In this document: positions 35,883 through 48,967 of the stretch, one piece after another | How the letters are laid out: the number at the start of each line of letters is the position of its first letter | How positions within the stretch are numbered: the first letter of the stretch is position 1 | NCBI GenBank assembly: GCA_963575745.1 | Contig: CAUYUJ010000126.1 | Location: forward strand, 62,001 to 126,000 | Direction: 5' to 3' | Length of the DNA stretch: 64,000 nt | DNA from: Prorocentrum cordatum | Lineage: Eukaryota | Translations under genes and position numbers: made by a program | The notes under the pieces: generated by a model | What the model was told of the DNA's origin: nothing | Database searches by the model: none | What the model saw: only the letters and a program-made list of their open reading frames with translations

Positions 35883-37969
35883 GGTGTCCCCAGTCCCTCC
35901 TTCCTTCCCCTTCGCTTGCGTGCCCGGCAGTTTGCTTGTCGGTGCCCCCGTGCAGCCTCACGGTGGTGCGGATTGCGTCCGCCCCGCGGCTGACGGAGCA
36001 ACGCTTCGCGTGGTGCTGGGTCGGTGGGCCGCCCGTGGGCGCCTCGTGGCGCCCCCGTGCGCTGGGTGCACCGCGTGGCGTCACATGGCTTGCACTACGT
36101 GGCCTGCGGCGCACAGCCGGTGCCCCACACGCTGCACCACGCACGCATTGCACCACAGCCGTCAACGCATCGCCTGACCCGCTTGCATCACCCAGGTACC
36201 CCCACGCAGCTTGCAGCGCATAGCTCGTACCACAAAACTTCCATCACACTGATGGCACCACATCTCATGTACCACACAACGTTCGCCAGATAGCTGGGCA
36301 ACGCACGTAGCTCACCATGCACGGGGCGCATGGAACAGTTTGCATCGTATGTCTGGATCCACGCTGGCTAACATGTATATGCCCGCATTTGTTCAAACAC
36401 ATGTGAGGTAGGTTTGCCATCGTGGACCACAAGCGTTTATGTATTGCATTGTTTGTGGGCGTGTAAGATATGGGGTGCAACATATGTGTGCGAAGTAAGC
36501 TACGTGCTGCAATATATGTGGTGTAAGCTATGTGGTATACGCTGTGCGCTGCAAGCTATGTGGTGTAAACTAGGTTGTGTAAGCCGGTATGCGCAATGTA
36601 TGTGGTGCAAGTTATGTGGAACACATGTTGTGTGGTGTGAATTTCGGCGGGCCCACCCAGCGCACGGGGCGTCCACGAGGCGCCCGCGACGGTCCATGGG
36701 AGGGCACCGGGCGAGACCTCATCACCGTAGTTCGCAACATGCCGATGCGCCAGAAATGCGCATTGTTCGCGGACGGAAGGGTTGGGTTGTGTGTAGTTTC
36801 TTTGGGTCCCTTTGCTGTTCATCGCGATTGCGGAGCCACATCGCCGGCTGGGGATAAACGTGTGGTATCGCGGGGCCATCATTCGCTCGGCGAGCAACAC
36901 TGTGGGCGTGCAGAGGTGTGTGTGTGTGTGTGTGGTTGTGTGTGTGTGTGTGTGTGTCGGGCTTTGGTTTCGGTCGTGACGCAACAGATTGGGCGTGCAT
37001 GTGTGTGTGTGTGTGTCGGGCCCCCTGGCGCGCCAAGTCTTGAACAGCGCACGGGACTCAGGCCGTCGGCCTCAGCAAAAAGTCTCGCAGCCATCGGGCT
37101 GCTTCGAGTTTGATATGAATTGCGTGCTTGCGGAGAGGGCACGCATGGGTCATGACTTGTTTTCTCAGAGGAGGAAAGGGGACCCATAACCGCTGCCTTT
37201 CCCTCGCTTTCCCTTGTCTGGGCCTCATGGGAGGCCCTCGTCGCCACCGTTGGATTCGCCTCGAAATCCTGGTCAGATAGCGCCCTGGGAGAGGTCTGGA
37301 GAGCAGCGGTATCGGTACCTTTGTGTTTCTCCATTTTCAAAATATGGTTAACGCTCTTCAGGGGCACCATGCTTGCTGGTCGGACGTTCCCGTGCTTAGG
37401 TCTTGCAGCCGGCTGCCGTGTGCCCCAGGCTATGCAGTTGTCATTTTTCGCCTCGGTTGTCATTTGGCTTCCAGTGCTTCGAACTGGGGCACACTGCCAA
37501 GTACATGCTATGGTTCCTGGCTGTGATTGTGGCTGTTCGGTCCACCTCTGAGCTGCTATGGTCAATAGTTGAGTGGCTTGCCTGGCGGTGCCCTGGGGCG
37601 TGCCCGCGGCGAGCGCTGTTAGCTAAGTGGCTGCGCGGTGCCTGAGAGAGCGGCGCTCTCGTTAACAACCGAACTTTGTGTGTTTGCGTGTTTGCAACTT
37701 GGCTGCACACGCAGGTTTCTATCTTGCGGCCCTCCCTCTCCGCTTTCTCGTTGGACCAGGGCTCTTACTTGGGAGCCTCTTTGCCGCTTGCACACGCGGT
37801 CCCCGCAGTGAATGCGCATCTTTCACACTGGGACTCTGAGCAGCTCCTTGCGCATGGCGGGCCGGGCTCTACGCTTGCCTTTCATCCCCAAAGTTTGGTG
37901 ACATTAGCCAGTCTAAGGCCCGTTTCGTGTTCCCGCGACAAACACGTCACTTCGCGGGAGGAGGAACAA

Positions 37970-37972
37970 TGC

Positions 37973-38007
<35 letters not shown>

Positions 38008-38298
38008 TGTGTTTGTCTGTGTGTGTGTGTTCGAGTGCGTCCGTGCGTCCGTGTGTGTGTGTGTGTGAGTGGTGTGTGTGTGTGTGTTTGTGTGTGTGTG
38101 TGCGCGTCTGGTCTCCCGACCTTTCTCCGACGCGCCGTTGCGCGCGCGCGTGTGTGTGCGTGCGTGTATGCGTGCGTGCGTGTGTGTGTGTGTGCTCGTG
38201 TGCGTCCGTGCGTCCGTGCGTCCGTGTGTGTGTGTGTGTGTGTCTGTGTGTGTGTGTTCGTGTGTGTGTGTGTGCGTGCGCGCGTGTGTGTGTATATG

Positions 38299-38354
<56 letters not shown>

Positions 38355-38390
38355 TGTCTGTGTGTGTGCGTGTGTGTGTATGTGTGTGTC
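37970..38390. repeat. (GT)n/(GCGT)n microsatellite
   Basis: Visible dinucleotide run. Confidence 0.96.
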
Positions 38391-38492
38391 TGCAGGTGGT
38401 GTTCGTCGCTCGTGGAAGGTTTGCGCAATGCTGCCAGCAGAGCCTGCCACCAACAGCCTGGCCAAACGAGTGAAGCGTCTTCTCCGGATCAG

Positions 38493-38584
38493 GCCGCTGC
38501 ACGCGCGGCCTGTACTGCTCCGTGGCGGAGGCCCAGGGCAAGACACTGCTGATCCTCGACACGGAGGGCCTCATGAGCCTCGAG
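38493..38584 (+). CDS. Host large GTPase (GB1/RHD3/VLIG-type), internal exon with G2 and G3
   Basis: AG|(G)[32 protein letters not shown]. Confidence 0.88.
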
Positions 38585-39239
38585 GTTCCTTTCCGCGCCC
38601 GCGCACCCGCAGGGGCAGAAGCCCAGGGTGATGCCTGGGGGGTTGTGTGGGTTGCGTTCGTTTTTGGGGCCAAAGCTAGGCGTTGTTTTCGAAGGTCCTC
38701 TCACGGGGCTGGCGCGCAAGGATTTGGCGCAAAAGGTTTGGGCATGCAGCCCAGAAACGTGACATGTTTATACACGTATATGTTCATACATGCTTACATG
38801 TACAGATATACACACGCGCACATACGATGCATACGCGATTCTTGTATGTGCACTTTACAGGTGACGTTCGCCATTCAAGATCTACGGTATCGTAAATCGG
38901 CGGCGAGCCTACGAGGGAAGTGGGAGGGGGCAGGCCTTCTCAGAAGGCGCCTGTGCCATCGGAGGAGGTTTAGGATACTTCTTGCAAGGCGTGACGGCTT
39001 CTGGGAAGCCCCGCCGCCTTTTGTGAAGGCTGCCGCCAAGTAAAGCCGCCGAGTAGAATGAACAGGGGGATCGCAAGGAGGAGGAGGAGGAGGAGGAGGA
39101 GGAGGAGGAGGAGGAGGAGGGGGATGGGGAGGAGCACGGGAAGAATGACGACGGCTAGCACGACGGAGACGATCAGGAAGGCGACGATGGCGGTGGCGGC
39201 GACGACGACGAGGGCGACGGAGCGGCGGGGACGTTGATG

Positions 39240-39563
39240 CGATGAAGAAGACAATGATGATTGTGATGATGTTTCTGACGACGATGATGATGCTGATGAT
39301 GATGCTGATGATGATGGTGGTGCTGATGCTGATGCTGATGATGCTGATGATGGTTGTGATGGTGATGATGCTGATGATGGTGACGATGATCGTAAAAAGG
39401 ATGCTGAGGGTGATGATGATGACGATGCTGATGCTGATGATGATGATTATGATGATGATGATGATGATAATGGTGGTGGTGATGCTGATGCTGATGCTGA
39501 TGCTGCTGCTGATGCTGATGATGACGATGCTGATGCTGATGCTGATGCTGATGCTGATGATGC

Positions 39564-39660
<97 letters not shown>

Positions 39661-39685
39661 AATGATGATGATGATGATGATGATG
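39240..39685. repeat. (GAT)n microsatellite
   Basis: Visible trinucleotide run. Confidence 0.96.
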
Positions 39686-39733
39686 GGGAGGATCTAAGCT
39701 ATCCGCCCATCTCCCCTCCCGCATGTCCGCCAG

Positions 39734-39796
39734 GCAGACGGTGGCGACATCTTCGACGCGCAGTTGGCTCTCATGGCCATGGCCTGCTCACACCTG
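39734..39796 (+). CDS. Host GTPase internal exon
   Basis: CAG|ADGGDIFDAQLALMAMACSHL|GA; in phase with the neighbouring exons and matching the FD..LA..S motif that follows G3. Confidence 0.82.
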
Positions 39797-40452
39797 GAGG
39801 GGCAGAGGGGTCGATGAACAATCTGCATTATTGCCTTCAATTGTTTATCACACCTGTTGCCCCTTTTGCCGACATGGCCTTGGAGTTCGAAGCGAGCAGA
39901 CAGGCGGACAAAACTCAAAGTAGAGAGCACGTGCTGAGCACATCGAGGTCCAAGTGATGCAGTACACGCGGGGGGAGGGGGAGTGAGCGATGTTCGAGCG
40001 AAGGCCTCGTGTGGACTCGTATCGCCGCAGCCCTTCGACACCCGCACTGAGACTGCTCACGAGCGGGCAGTTGTGGAGCGTCGTGTGGTCGTGCCCGCTC
40101 ATCCTCTGCTCCTCTCCAACCGCACGGGAACGCTGGAGGAACCAGACACAGACATGGTGGAGCAGAGGCCGCTGGGACTGCTCACGCCGTGGCCGGGACC
40201 TCCCGTCGGCGACCCGAGAGCCCAGGCCTCGGCGGCCCCGTGGCCTTTCCTCTGGCGGCGGGGCATCCTTACGTTCAGGCCATCTTTCGGAGGCTGCCAG
40301 AAGGGTTCGTTGGACAAGGTTGGCTTCGCTGGACTCGAGGTCCTCCCAGCCCGACCTTGGGCACTCCAGCACGACCTGAGGCGCCCCAGAAGCCGTCGAA
40401 ATCACCCTTCTTGAAGCAGACCTTCTCGCTGTCCCGGGACGATCCTGGGGTT

Positions 40453-40714
40453 CCCTGATCATTGGATACTGGAATTTCCCAGTCGCGACCGACGAGAACG
40501 GTCGCTATCGATATTGCTTCAGATTGCGGTAGCGGTCGCGACCGGTCTGCTTCAAAGTCGGTCGCGACCGATCGGTTGTGACCGATCGGTCGCGATCGGT
40601 GGCGACTGGTCGCGACCGATTCTGGGATCGGTTGCGATCGGTCGCGACCGAACTAGAGTGCCGATCGGTCGCTACCGATCGCGACCGAAATAATTCGGTA
40701 TCCAATGATCTGGG
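40453..40714. mobile_element. MITE with 17 bp TIR and internal GGTCGCGACC palindromes
   Basis: CCCTGATCATTGGATAC...GTATCCAATGATCTGGG; an inverted copy lies at 50730-50990. Confidence 0.85.
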
Positions 40715-41669
40715 TTGGGGGCATCCTGCAGGCTCGAGGGGCCACCTTGTAGCATCTAGGGGCTGTGGGCATCTGGTACCTTCCGATGCCGCCTCCTGCT
40801 CCTCTGCCTCCCTTCTGCGCCTCGTCTGCTGCAGGCTGGTCGCCTTTGCGCGCAGCGCTCTCGTCGCCCAGGTGCCCGATGTAGCTCGCTGCCTACCTGC
40901 ACGACCCCCCTCGCTCGGCTGCCCCACTTCAGCTCCTTTCCCCATCCACCCTCGCAGGCGATTTTGACGGTCCTGGGGCTCTGCGAGGTCCCAAGGAGCC
41001 CGCGAGTAATCAGAGCTCTTGGCGCCGTGCACTGTCTCCTCGACGCGAGGGGGTCCAGGCTTGGGGGTCAGAAGTCGACCCCCGGCCCTCTCCTGGGGTG
41101 CGGTCTGACCAGAAGATTGTGGCGAATCCAGCCCTGGCGACGAGAACCCCCCCCCAGGAGCCTCAGGAAGCCTCGATCCGCGAAGTTCGAAGCCCGAAAG
41201 CTTTTTCACGGCGCGAGGGGGGGAGGTCTGGGAGCCCCCCAAAAAGCCTCGATGCCCTCAGCTCGAAGCTCGAGGCTCGGCCGCGGTGTTCTTGACGCGT
41301 CGAGCCACATCGTCGCACCCCGTCGGCGCGCACCTGGCCTCGCAGGCGGTTTTTCCCCCCCAGTCCACGAGCCCCGCCCGAAAAGTATCGAAAAGTCTGG
41401 AGGGTGTTTTTCTTTGCCCTCTGGGCCAGAACGCGCGTCATGCCCCTTACCCTCCCGCCCCCTCCTCCCCCCCCCAGAACGTACCGCTCCCCCCTCAGTG
41501 CGCCCCCGGCACTGCCGCAGTGCGTCTGGTATTACAGTCTGGGGGGGGGGGGGGGGGCGCTACGTTGTGTTCCCTCCCGCCTCCCCCCCACCTCCCGCCT
41601 CCATAACGCCCGTTATGGTGGCCGCGAATAGAAACATGCGCTCTTGGCCGCTCGAAAAGGAGGAAGCCC

Positions 41670-41815
41670 TGGGATACACCCCAAGGGGGGGCTATTCGCA
41701 CGCACCCCTATCGAGGATGGGCGCCCCCCATCGTAGATCCCAGGGTTGGGCCCCAAACTTCTTGTCCATTCGATGACCTCCCAATGCCTGAGATAGGGAT
41801 CGACATATCCCCTGT
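41670..41815 (+). repeat. Dispersed repeat; copy at ~49490-49640 with a local ~80 bp tandem duplication to 49760
   Basis: Shared ACGCACCCCTATCGAGGATGGGCGCC and TCGACATATCCC. Confidence 0.78.
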
Positions 41816-41830
41816 TGTGGCCTGGGCGAG

Positions 41831-41884
41831 GTGCTGATCAACCACAAGGGGGAGCTCTCGCGCCAGCTGCAGGACCTCCTCGAG
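41831..41884 (+). CDS. Host GTPase internal exon
   Basis: GAG|VLINHKGELSRQLQDLLE|GC; 54 bp, phase 0-0. Confidence 0.82.
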
Positions 41885-43387
41885 GCGGCGCTCCGCCGCC
41901 CGCTGCCCAGGACGGCGCGCTCGCCCAGGCTGTCCACGGCCTGCCAGGGCAGGCAGGAGGAAGCAGGGAGCAGGAGAAGCAGGAGGAGCAGGGGGAGGAG
42001 GGAGGACGGGGGGCAGGGAGGAGGGCGTATGGGGAGAGTAGGGGGGAGGAGAGATGGAGGAGGAGGAGGAGGAGCAGGAGGAGGAGGAGGAGGAGGAGGA
42101 GGAGGAGCAGGAGCAGGAGCAGGAGCAGGAGGAGCAGGATGAGGAGGCCCCCTCCCTCCTCCCTTTTTCCTCAATCCTTCTCCTCCTCCTCCTCCTCCTT
42201 CTCCTCCTCCTCCTTCGCATCCGTTTCTCGATTCGCTAGGGTGCTGTGCTTCCCCTGTGCTTGATTTTGGGAGCAGTGCTGCACATGGGCATACGTTCGT
42301 GGCAACTTTCGATGCCCAGATCGAAAGACACGGGCCGTAGACCCTAGGCGTACACCTGACTTACTGGGGGTCGCCTCAGGCTGCCTGATGTTTGCCTGGG
42401 CCGCTGGAGGGAGGAGGAAAGCGCATCCGGGGATGGCATAGCCAGCGTTTTGGAGGAACGCGCCACATTTGGCCAGATCTGGGGCCCGCGGGGGCCCGAA
42501 ATCCGCGTGCTCCCCGCGCTGGCCCCTGCGAGCAGCGCCGACGTCGAGGATGCCTGCCCTCGCCCGACGTGCGTGAACGAGGCTGGAACACGTCCTCTGG
42601 TCCCAAGTTTGGCGGGGCCAGGCCAGGACCGAGGCTCCTTAAGACGTGTGTTAGCCCAATGTGTGTGTGTGTGTGTGTTGCCCCACTCGGCCCAAGCAGT
42701 AGATCATTACATCGCCTGCGTCGTATCGAAGGGCCTCGATGGACAAACACACGTGGGTACTGACACAGGTTCTGAGGACCATCGACAGGGAGAAATCTTT
42801 CCAGAGCGTTCCACAACGCTCTCGGAGCGTGCTGGAACGCTCTGAGAAGGCCGCTGCGCCCGATACGCCCTCCAGCGTCGCCAGATCTCAGAGAGTCTTG
42901 TTGTATCCCTGTCCGATCTTGTCCCTGTCCTGGCTTGATATTACCAAGCCCCCTCCCTCTGGCGCTCCAGCGCTCGCCCGGACGTGAACGATGCTACAAC
43001 GCTCGGGCCTTGCCTAGGGGTGGGGGCGCGAGTTGGGGGCGTGAAGAAAGGTGCACCTCTTGTGCACTTTTCCGGGGCTCTCAAGGTGCCCCCCTTGGGG
43101 CCCAGAAGGGGGCAAACAAAAAGGGCGCATCAAAACCCATCAAGCAACGCCCAGAACACGCCCTTCGGGCCCCGAGGCCCCCTCATCCCGGGAGGTCTCG
43201 CGAGACCTCAGGAGGCCTGCGGGGAAGGAGGAGGGCGGAGGAGATCGAGCCGCGCCGGCGTCGCGACTCTTCTTGCTGCCCTCACGTGGACGACGGTGCC
43301 GCACGCCCTCGCGTCCCAAGGCCCCCCCCTTCCCAGACCCCCGACGCCATCATTTGTTTCATGACGTCGACCTCCAGAGGCCTCGAC

Positions 43388-43552
43388 TTAAGTCGGGCCT
43401 GTCCCTCTACAGGGGGAATCTTCGAAAATAGTACAACAATAGTCTGGGACATTTTTAGTTTTACTATTTTTGGTAATTTGTTTGGTGTACTTTTTGAGTC
43501 GTTTTTAACTTTTCGCTCCAAATCCCCCTGTAGGGTGACAGGCCCGACTTAA
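43388..43552. mobile_element. hAT-like MITE (TIR TTAAGTCGGGCCTGTC..CTACAGGGGGA)
   Basis: 30 bp TIR with 2 mismatches; same family as 48806-48967. Confidence 0.88.
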
Positions 43553-43819
43553 TCCCAGACCCCCGACGCCATACTTTTTTTTCATGACGTCGACCTCCAG
43601 TGGTCTCGACCCCTTCCCCCCGGCACTGGCTCTTCATCCTCAGTCGTTGTCTGACGGCCCCGAGACCTGGAAAGGGCCCCCCCCTGGAGGCCGACAACAG
43701 CGGAACCAATCTTCGCCATGCGTTTTCCCCCATATCCTAAGATGGGGTCCTTGTTATTCCCCATATCCTAAGTATGAGGTTCTTGTTATTCCCCATATCC
43801 TAAGTATGGGGTTCTTGTT

Positions 43820-44714
43820 ATTGGCGGACCGCGCCGGAGGAGAGAGAACACACCACTCCTCTCACTCAGACCCACTCACTCATCACTCAGACTCACTCAT
43901 CACTCAGACCCACTCATCACTCAGATTCACTCACCACCCAGACTCACTCATTTCTCGGACTCAGTCATGACTCAGACTCATCACTCATCACTCAGATTCA
44001 CTCATCACTCAGACTCACTCATCATTCAGACTCACTCATCATTCAGACTCACTCGTACTTGTACTCATACATTCACTACACTCACTCAGGCCCACTCATC
44101 GGATGACTCACACACACACTGAAGTTGAGGATGTCTCAGGCGATTCTGTGGCTTCAGCACTCCTAAGGGGAGCGGCGGGGGGGTATTTCACTCGGCCCTT
44201 TTCGTTGGATGTTGTGGGGATGTCTCAAGCGGATTGGCCATTTTCTCTTCCAACATGTTTCGCTTTCGGAGCAGATTTGGAGGATGTCTCAGGCGATTCG
44301 CTGGCTTCAGCACTCTAAGGGGAGCGGCGGGGGGGTATTTCACTCGGCCCCTTTCGCGGGATTTTGTGGGGATGTCTCAGGCGGTTTGGCCATTTTCTCT
44401 TCCAACATGTTTCGCTTTCGGAGCAGATTTGGAGGACGTTCGCGCCCAGTTTGCGGGGATGTCTCAGGCGGTTTGGCCGTTATGATGCTGGGCATCTGTC
44501 GTTTTCGGAGCAGTTTTGGGAGGATGTCTCAGGCGATTTGCTGGTTTCAGCACTCCCAGGAGGAGGAGGAGGAGGAGGAGGAGGAGGAGGAGGAGGAGGA
44601 GGAGGAGGAGGAGGAAGAGAAGGAGGAAGCGAGGAGGAGGAAGAGGACGAGGAGGAGGAGGAGGAGGAGAAGGAGGACAGCATGAACACGGTAGGAGCAG
44701 AAGCAGGAAGGGGA

Positions 44715-44782
<68 letters not shown>

Positions 44783-47681
44783 GGAGGAGGAGGAGGAGGA
44801 GGGAGGAGGAGGAGGAGGAGGAGGACGTGGGCAACTCGAGTAGCCAGGGCCAGACGATCGAGGTTCGATGTTCCAAGGCTTTAGGTTTTACTCAAACGCT
44901 TCCGCCTCACTCTCCTTCGCTCTCCGCTCTCCTTCACTCTTCTGCATTCGTACTCACTCATACTCAGACTCAGTCACACGCAGGCTCACTCGCACTTAGA
45001 CTCGCTCATATCCATACTTAAACTTACTCACGCTCAGACTCACGCTCAGAACCACTCATACTCAGACTCGCTCCTGCTCAGACTCATCATCCTTCGGTCC
45101 GCTCAAACGCAGACCGACTCACACTCAGACTGCCTCACATCCATACCCAATCACACTCGGCTCACTCGCACTCATATTCATTAACACACTTTTTCTCACA
45201 CTCAGACCCACTCAAGCCCAGACTCACTCATGCTCAGACTCATCATGCTACGGTCCGCTCAATCACAGACTGGCTCACACTCAGATTCGTCCATACTCAG
45301 ACCAACTCGCACACAGACGCACTCGCGCTCATATTTTCACGCATACCCACTCAAGCCCAGGCTCAATCGCACCCAGATTAACTCACACTCAGAATCAGTC
45401 GCTCTCAGATTTGCGATTGGTCGCACTCATGCTTGCAGACTGTGGGGCTGTCTCGAGCGAGCGGTTCGCCCTCGCACGCAGGCGCTCATTGACAGATATC
45501 AGTCGAAAGACGTACCAAGAGTGGGGAGCCCCGCTCATTGACAGATATCAGTCGAAATGAGATTCACATATGGGGAGCCCCGCGTCGAGTAATTGGCGGA
45601 CCGCGCCGGAGGAGAACACACCGCGCCGGAGGAGAGAGAACACACCAACACACCACTCCTCTCACTCAGACCCACTCACTCATCACTCAGACTCAGTCAT
45701 CACTCAGACCCACTCATCACTCAGATTCACTCACCACCCAGACTCACTCATTTCTCGGACTCAGTCATGACTCAGACTCATCACTCATCACTCAGACTCA
45801 CTCATCACTAAGACTCATTCATCACTCAGACTCACTCATCACTCAGACTCACTCGTATTTGTACTCATACATTCACTACACTCACTCAGGTCCACTCATC
45901 GGATGACTCACACACACACACACTGATGTTGAGGATGTCTCAGGTGATTCTGTGGCCTTCAGCACTCTCAAGGGGAGCGGCGGGGGGGTATTTCACTCGG
46001 CCCATATCGTCGGATTTTGTGGGGATGTGTCAGGCGGTTTGACCATTTTCTCTTTCAACATGTTTCGCTTTCGGAGCACATTCGGAGGATGTCTCAGGCG
46101 ATTCGCTGGTTTCAGCACTCCTAAGGGGAGCCGCGGGGGGGTAGTTCATTCGGCCCCTTTCGTGGGATTCTGTGGGGATGTCTCAAGCGGTTTGGCCATG
46201 TTCTCTTCCAACATGTTTCGTTTTCGGAGCAGATCCGGAGGATGTCTCAGGCGATTCGCTGGTTTCAGCACTCTAAGGAGAGTGGCGGGGGGGTAGTTCA
46301 CTCGGCCCCTTTCGCGCCATTTTCTCTTCCAACATGTTTCGCTGTCGGAGCAGATTTGGAGGATGTCTCAGGCGATTCGCTGGTCTCAACACTCTAAGGG
46401 GAGCGGCGGGGGGGTAGTTCACTCGGCCCCTTTCGTGGGATTTTGTGGGGATGTCTCAAGCGGTTTGGCCATTTTCTCTTCCAACATGTTTCGCTTTCGG
46501 AGCAGATTTGGAGGACGTTCGCGCCCAGTTTGCGTGGATGTCTCAGGCGGTTTGGTCGTTATGATGCTGGGCATCTGCCGTTTTCAGAGCAGTTTTGGGA
46601 GGATGTCTCAGGCGATTTGCTGGCTTCAGCGTTCCCAAGGAGGAGGAGGAGGAGGAGGAGGAGGAGGAGGAGGAGGAGGAGGAGGAGGAGGAGGAGGAGG
46701 AGGAGGAGGAGGAGGAAGAGGAGGAGGAGGAGGAGGAGGAGGAGGAGGAGGAGGAAGAGAAGGAGGAACGAGGAGGAGGAAGAGGACGAGGAGGAGGAGG
46801 AGGAGGAGGAGGAGGAGAAGGAGGACAGCATGAACACGGTAGGAGCAGAAACAGGAAGGGGATGATGATGCTGATGATGTTGATGATGATGATGATGAGG
46901 AGGAGGAGGAGGAGGAGGAGGAGGAGGAGGAGGAGGGGGAGGAGGACGTGGGCAACTCGAGTAGCCAGGGCCAGACGATCGAGGTTCGATGTTCCAAGGC
47001 TTTAGGTTTTACTCACACGCTTCCGCCTCACTTTCCTTCGCTCTCCGCTCTCCTTCACTTCTCTGCATTCGTACTCACTCATACTCAGACTCAGTCACAC
47101 GCAGGCTCACTCGCACTTCGACTCGCTCATATCCATACTTAAACTTACTCACACTCAGACTCACGCTCAGAACCACTCATACTCGGACTCGCTCCTGCTC
47201 AGACTCATCATCCTTCGGTCCGCTCAAACGCAGACCGACTCACACTCAGACTGCCTCACATCCATATCCAATCACACTCGGCTCACTCGCACTCATATTC
47301 ATTTACACACATTTTTCTCACATTCGGACCCACTCAAGTCCAGACTCATTCATGCTCAGACTCATCATGCTACGGTCCGCTCAATCACAGACTGGCTCAG
47401 ACTCAGATTCGTCCATACTCAGACCCACTCGCACACAGACGCACTCGCGCTCATATTTACTCACACACATACCCATTCAAACCCAGGCTCAATCGCACCC
47501 AGATTAACTCGCATTCAGAATCAGTCGCTCTCAGATTTGCGATTGGTCGCACTCATGCTTGCAGACTGTGGGACTGTCTCGAGCGAGCGGGTCGCCCTCG
47601 CACGCAGGCGCTCATTGACAGATATCAATAGAAAGACGTACCAAGAGAATGAGATTCACATATGGGGAGCCCCGCGTCGAG
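43820..47681 (+). repeat. Tandem segmental duplication (43820-45591 / 45592-47681) containing ACTC-type satellite, ~153 bp minisatellite units, and GGA and GAT tracts
   Basis: Both units start ATTGGCGGACCGCGCCGGAGGAGA and end TGGGGAGCCCCGCGTCGAG, and their contents are collinear. Confidence 0.92.
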
Positions 47682-47964
47682 GAATTATTTGGACGCCTCC
47701 CACTCCTTCTTCTCCCTCTTCTCCTGCTCCTCCTCCTCATACCCAGACTTACTCACACTCATATTTTCCCACGCCCAGATTTACCCGGACACAAACTTAC
47801 TCACACTCAGACCTACTCATATTCAGACCCACTCTTACTCAGAGTTACTCATGCTGAGACTCACTCATGCCCAGACTAAGTAATACTCATACTTGTTCTC
47901 AGATTTACTCATGTTCAGACCTTCTCGTACTCATACCTTCTCATTGTCTAATTTATTCCACACA

Positions 47965-48560
47965 CAGCAGATTGTGAGAATGTCTCACGCGGGGCGCTGG
48001 TTTCAGCCCCCCTAAGGGGAGCCGCCAGGGGTGTTTTCACGGTCCCCTTCGAAGCAATGTTGTGGGGATGTCTCAGGCGGTTAGCTTTTTGTTTTGTCCC
48101 AAAATCCTTGGCTATCCGGGAATCCGAGCAGATTGTGAGGATGCCTCAGGCGGGGCGCTGGTTTCAGCATCCCTAAGGGTGTCCGCCAGGGGTGTTTTCA
48201 CGGTCCCGTTCGCGACCGTTTTGTGGGGATGTCTCAAGCGGTTTGCCTGTTTTCTGTCTCAACATCCTTCGCTTGGAGAGCAGATTGTGAGGATGTCTCA
48301 GGCGGGGCGCTGGTGCCAGCACCCTTAAGGGGAGCCGCCAAGGGGTATGACACGGTCCCGTTCGCGGCCGTTTTGTGGGGATGTCTCAAGCGGTTTGCTT
48401 GTTTTCTGTCTCAGCACCCTTCGCTTGGAGAGTAGATTGTGAGGATGTCTCAGGCGGGGCGCTGCTTTCAGCTACCTAAGGGGAGCCGCCAAGGGTGATT
48501 TCACGGTCCCGTTCGCGGCCGTTCTGTGGGGATGTCTCTAGCGGTTTGCCAGTTTTCTGT
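47965..48560 (+). repeat. ~150 bp minisatellite related to the GATGTCTCAGGCG family
   Basis: About four units of GATTGTGAGGATGTCTCAGGCGGGGCGCTGG..TGTGGGGATGTCTC. Confidence 0.88.
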
Positions 48561-48805
48561 TTTTGCGTTGTTTCCCGAGTGGCTCTCCCCGTTGCGTACG
48601 GCGGTCAAGGAGGAGTGACCAGGTGCTGCTGGCGCAGAGCTTGTGCCACCGTGGGATGTTGCTTTCTCTCTCCGTGGTGCTTTCCAATTTCCCAAATACA
48701 ATATTATCCTTTAAACAAGGATGCACGTACGGGTAGCTCCGCGCAGTGAGTAATTTCAGGGCCCGGGGGTGTCTGGGCCCTGGCGCTCGCGGCGTGACCG
48801 CAGCC

Positions 48806-48967
48806 TTAAGTCGGGCCTGTCCCTCTACAGGAGGAACATTCAAAAGTAGTCCAAACATACTCTGGGAATGTTTTTTGTTACTAATTGAGATCATTCCTGG
48901 AGTATGTTTTGGACTATTTTAAACTTTCCGTCCAAAATCCGCCTGTAGGAGGACATGCCCGACTTAA
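48806..48967. mobile_element. hAT-like MITE with perfect 8 bp TSD
   Basis: TIR TTAAGTCGGGC../..GCCCGACTTAA; CCGCAGCC at 48798-48805 and 48968-48975. Confidence 0.92.

Noticed and set aside
44127..48560. Regularly spaced GATGTCTCAGGCG motifs as a CRISPR array
   Set aside because: The intervening sequences are homologous to each other (minisatellite), no cas genes are present, and the context is eukaryotic.
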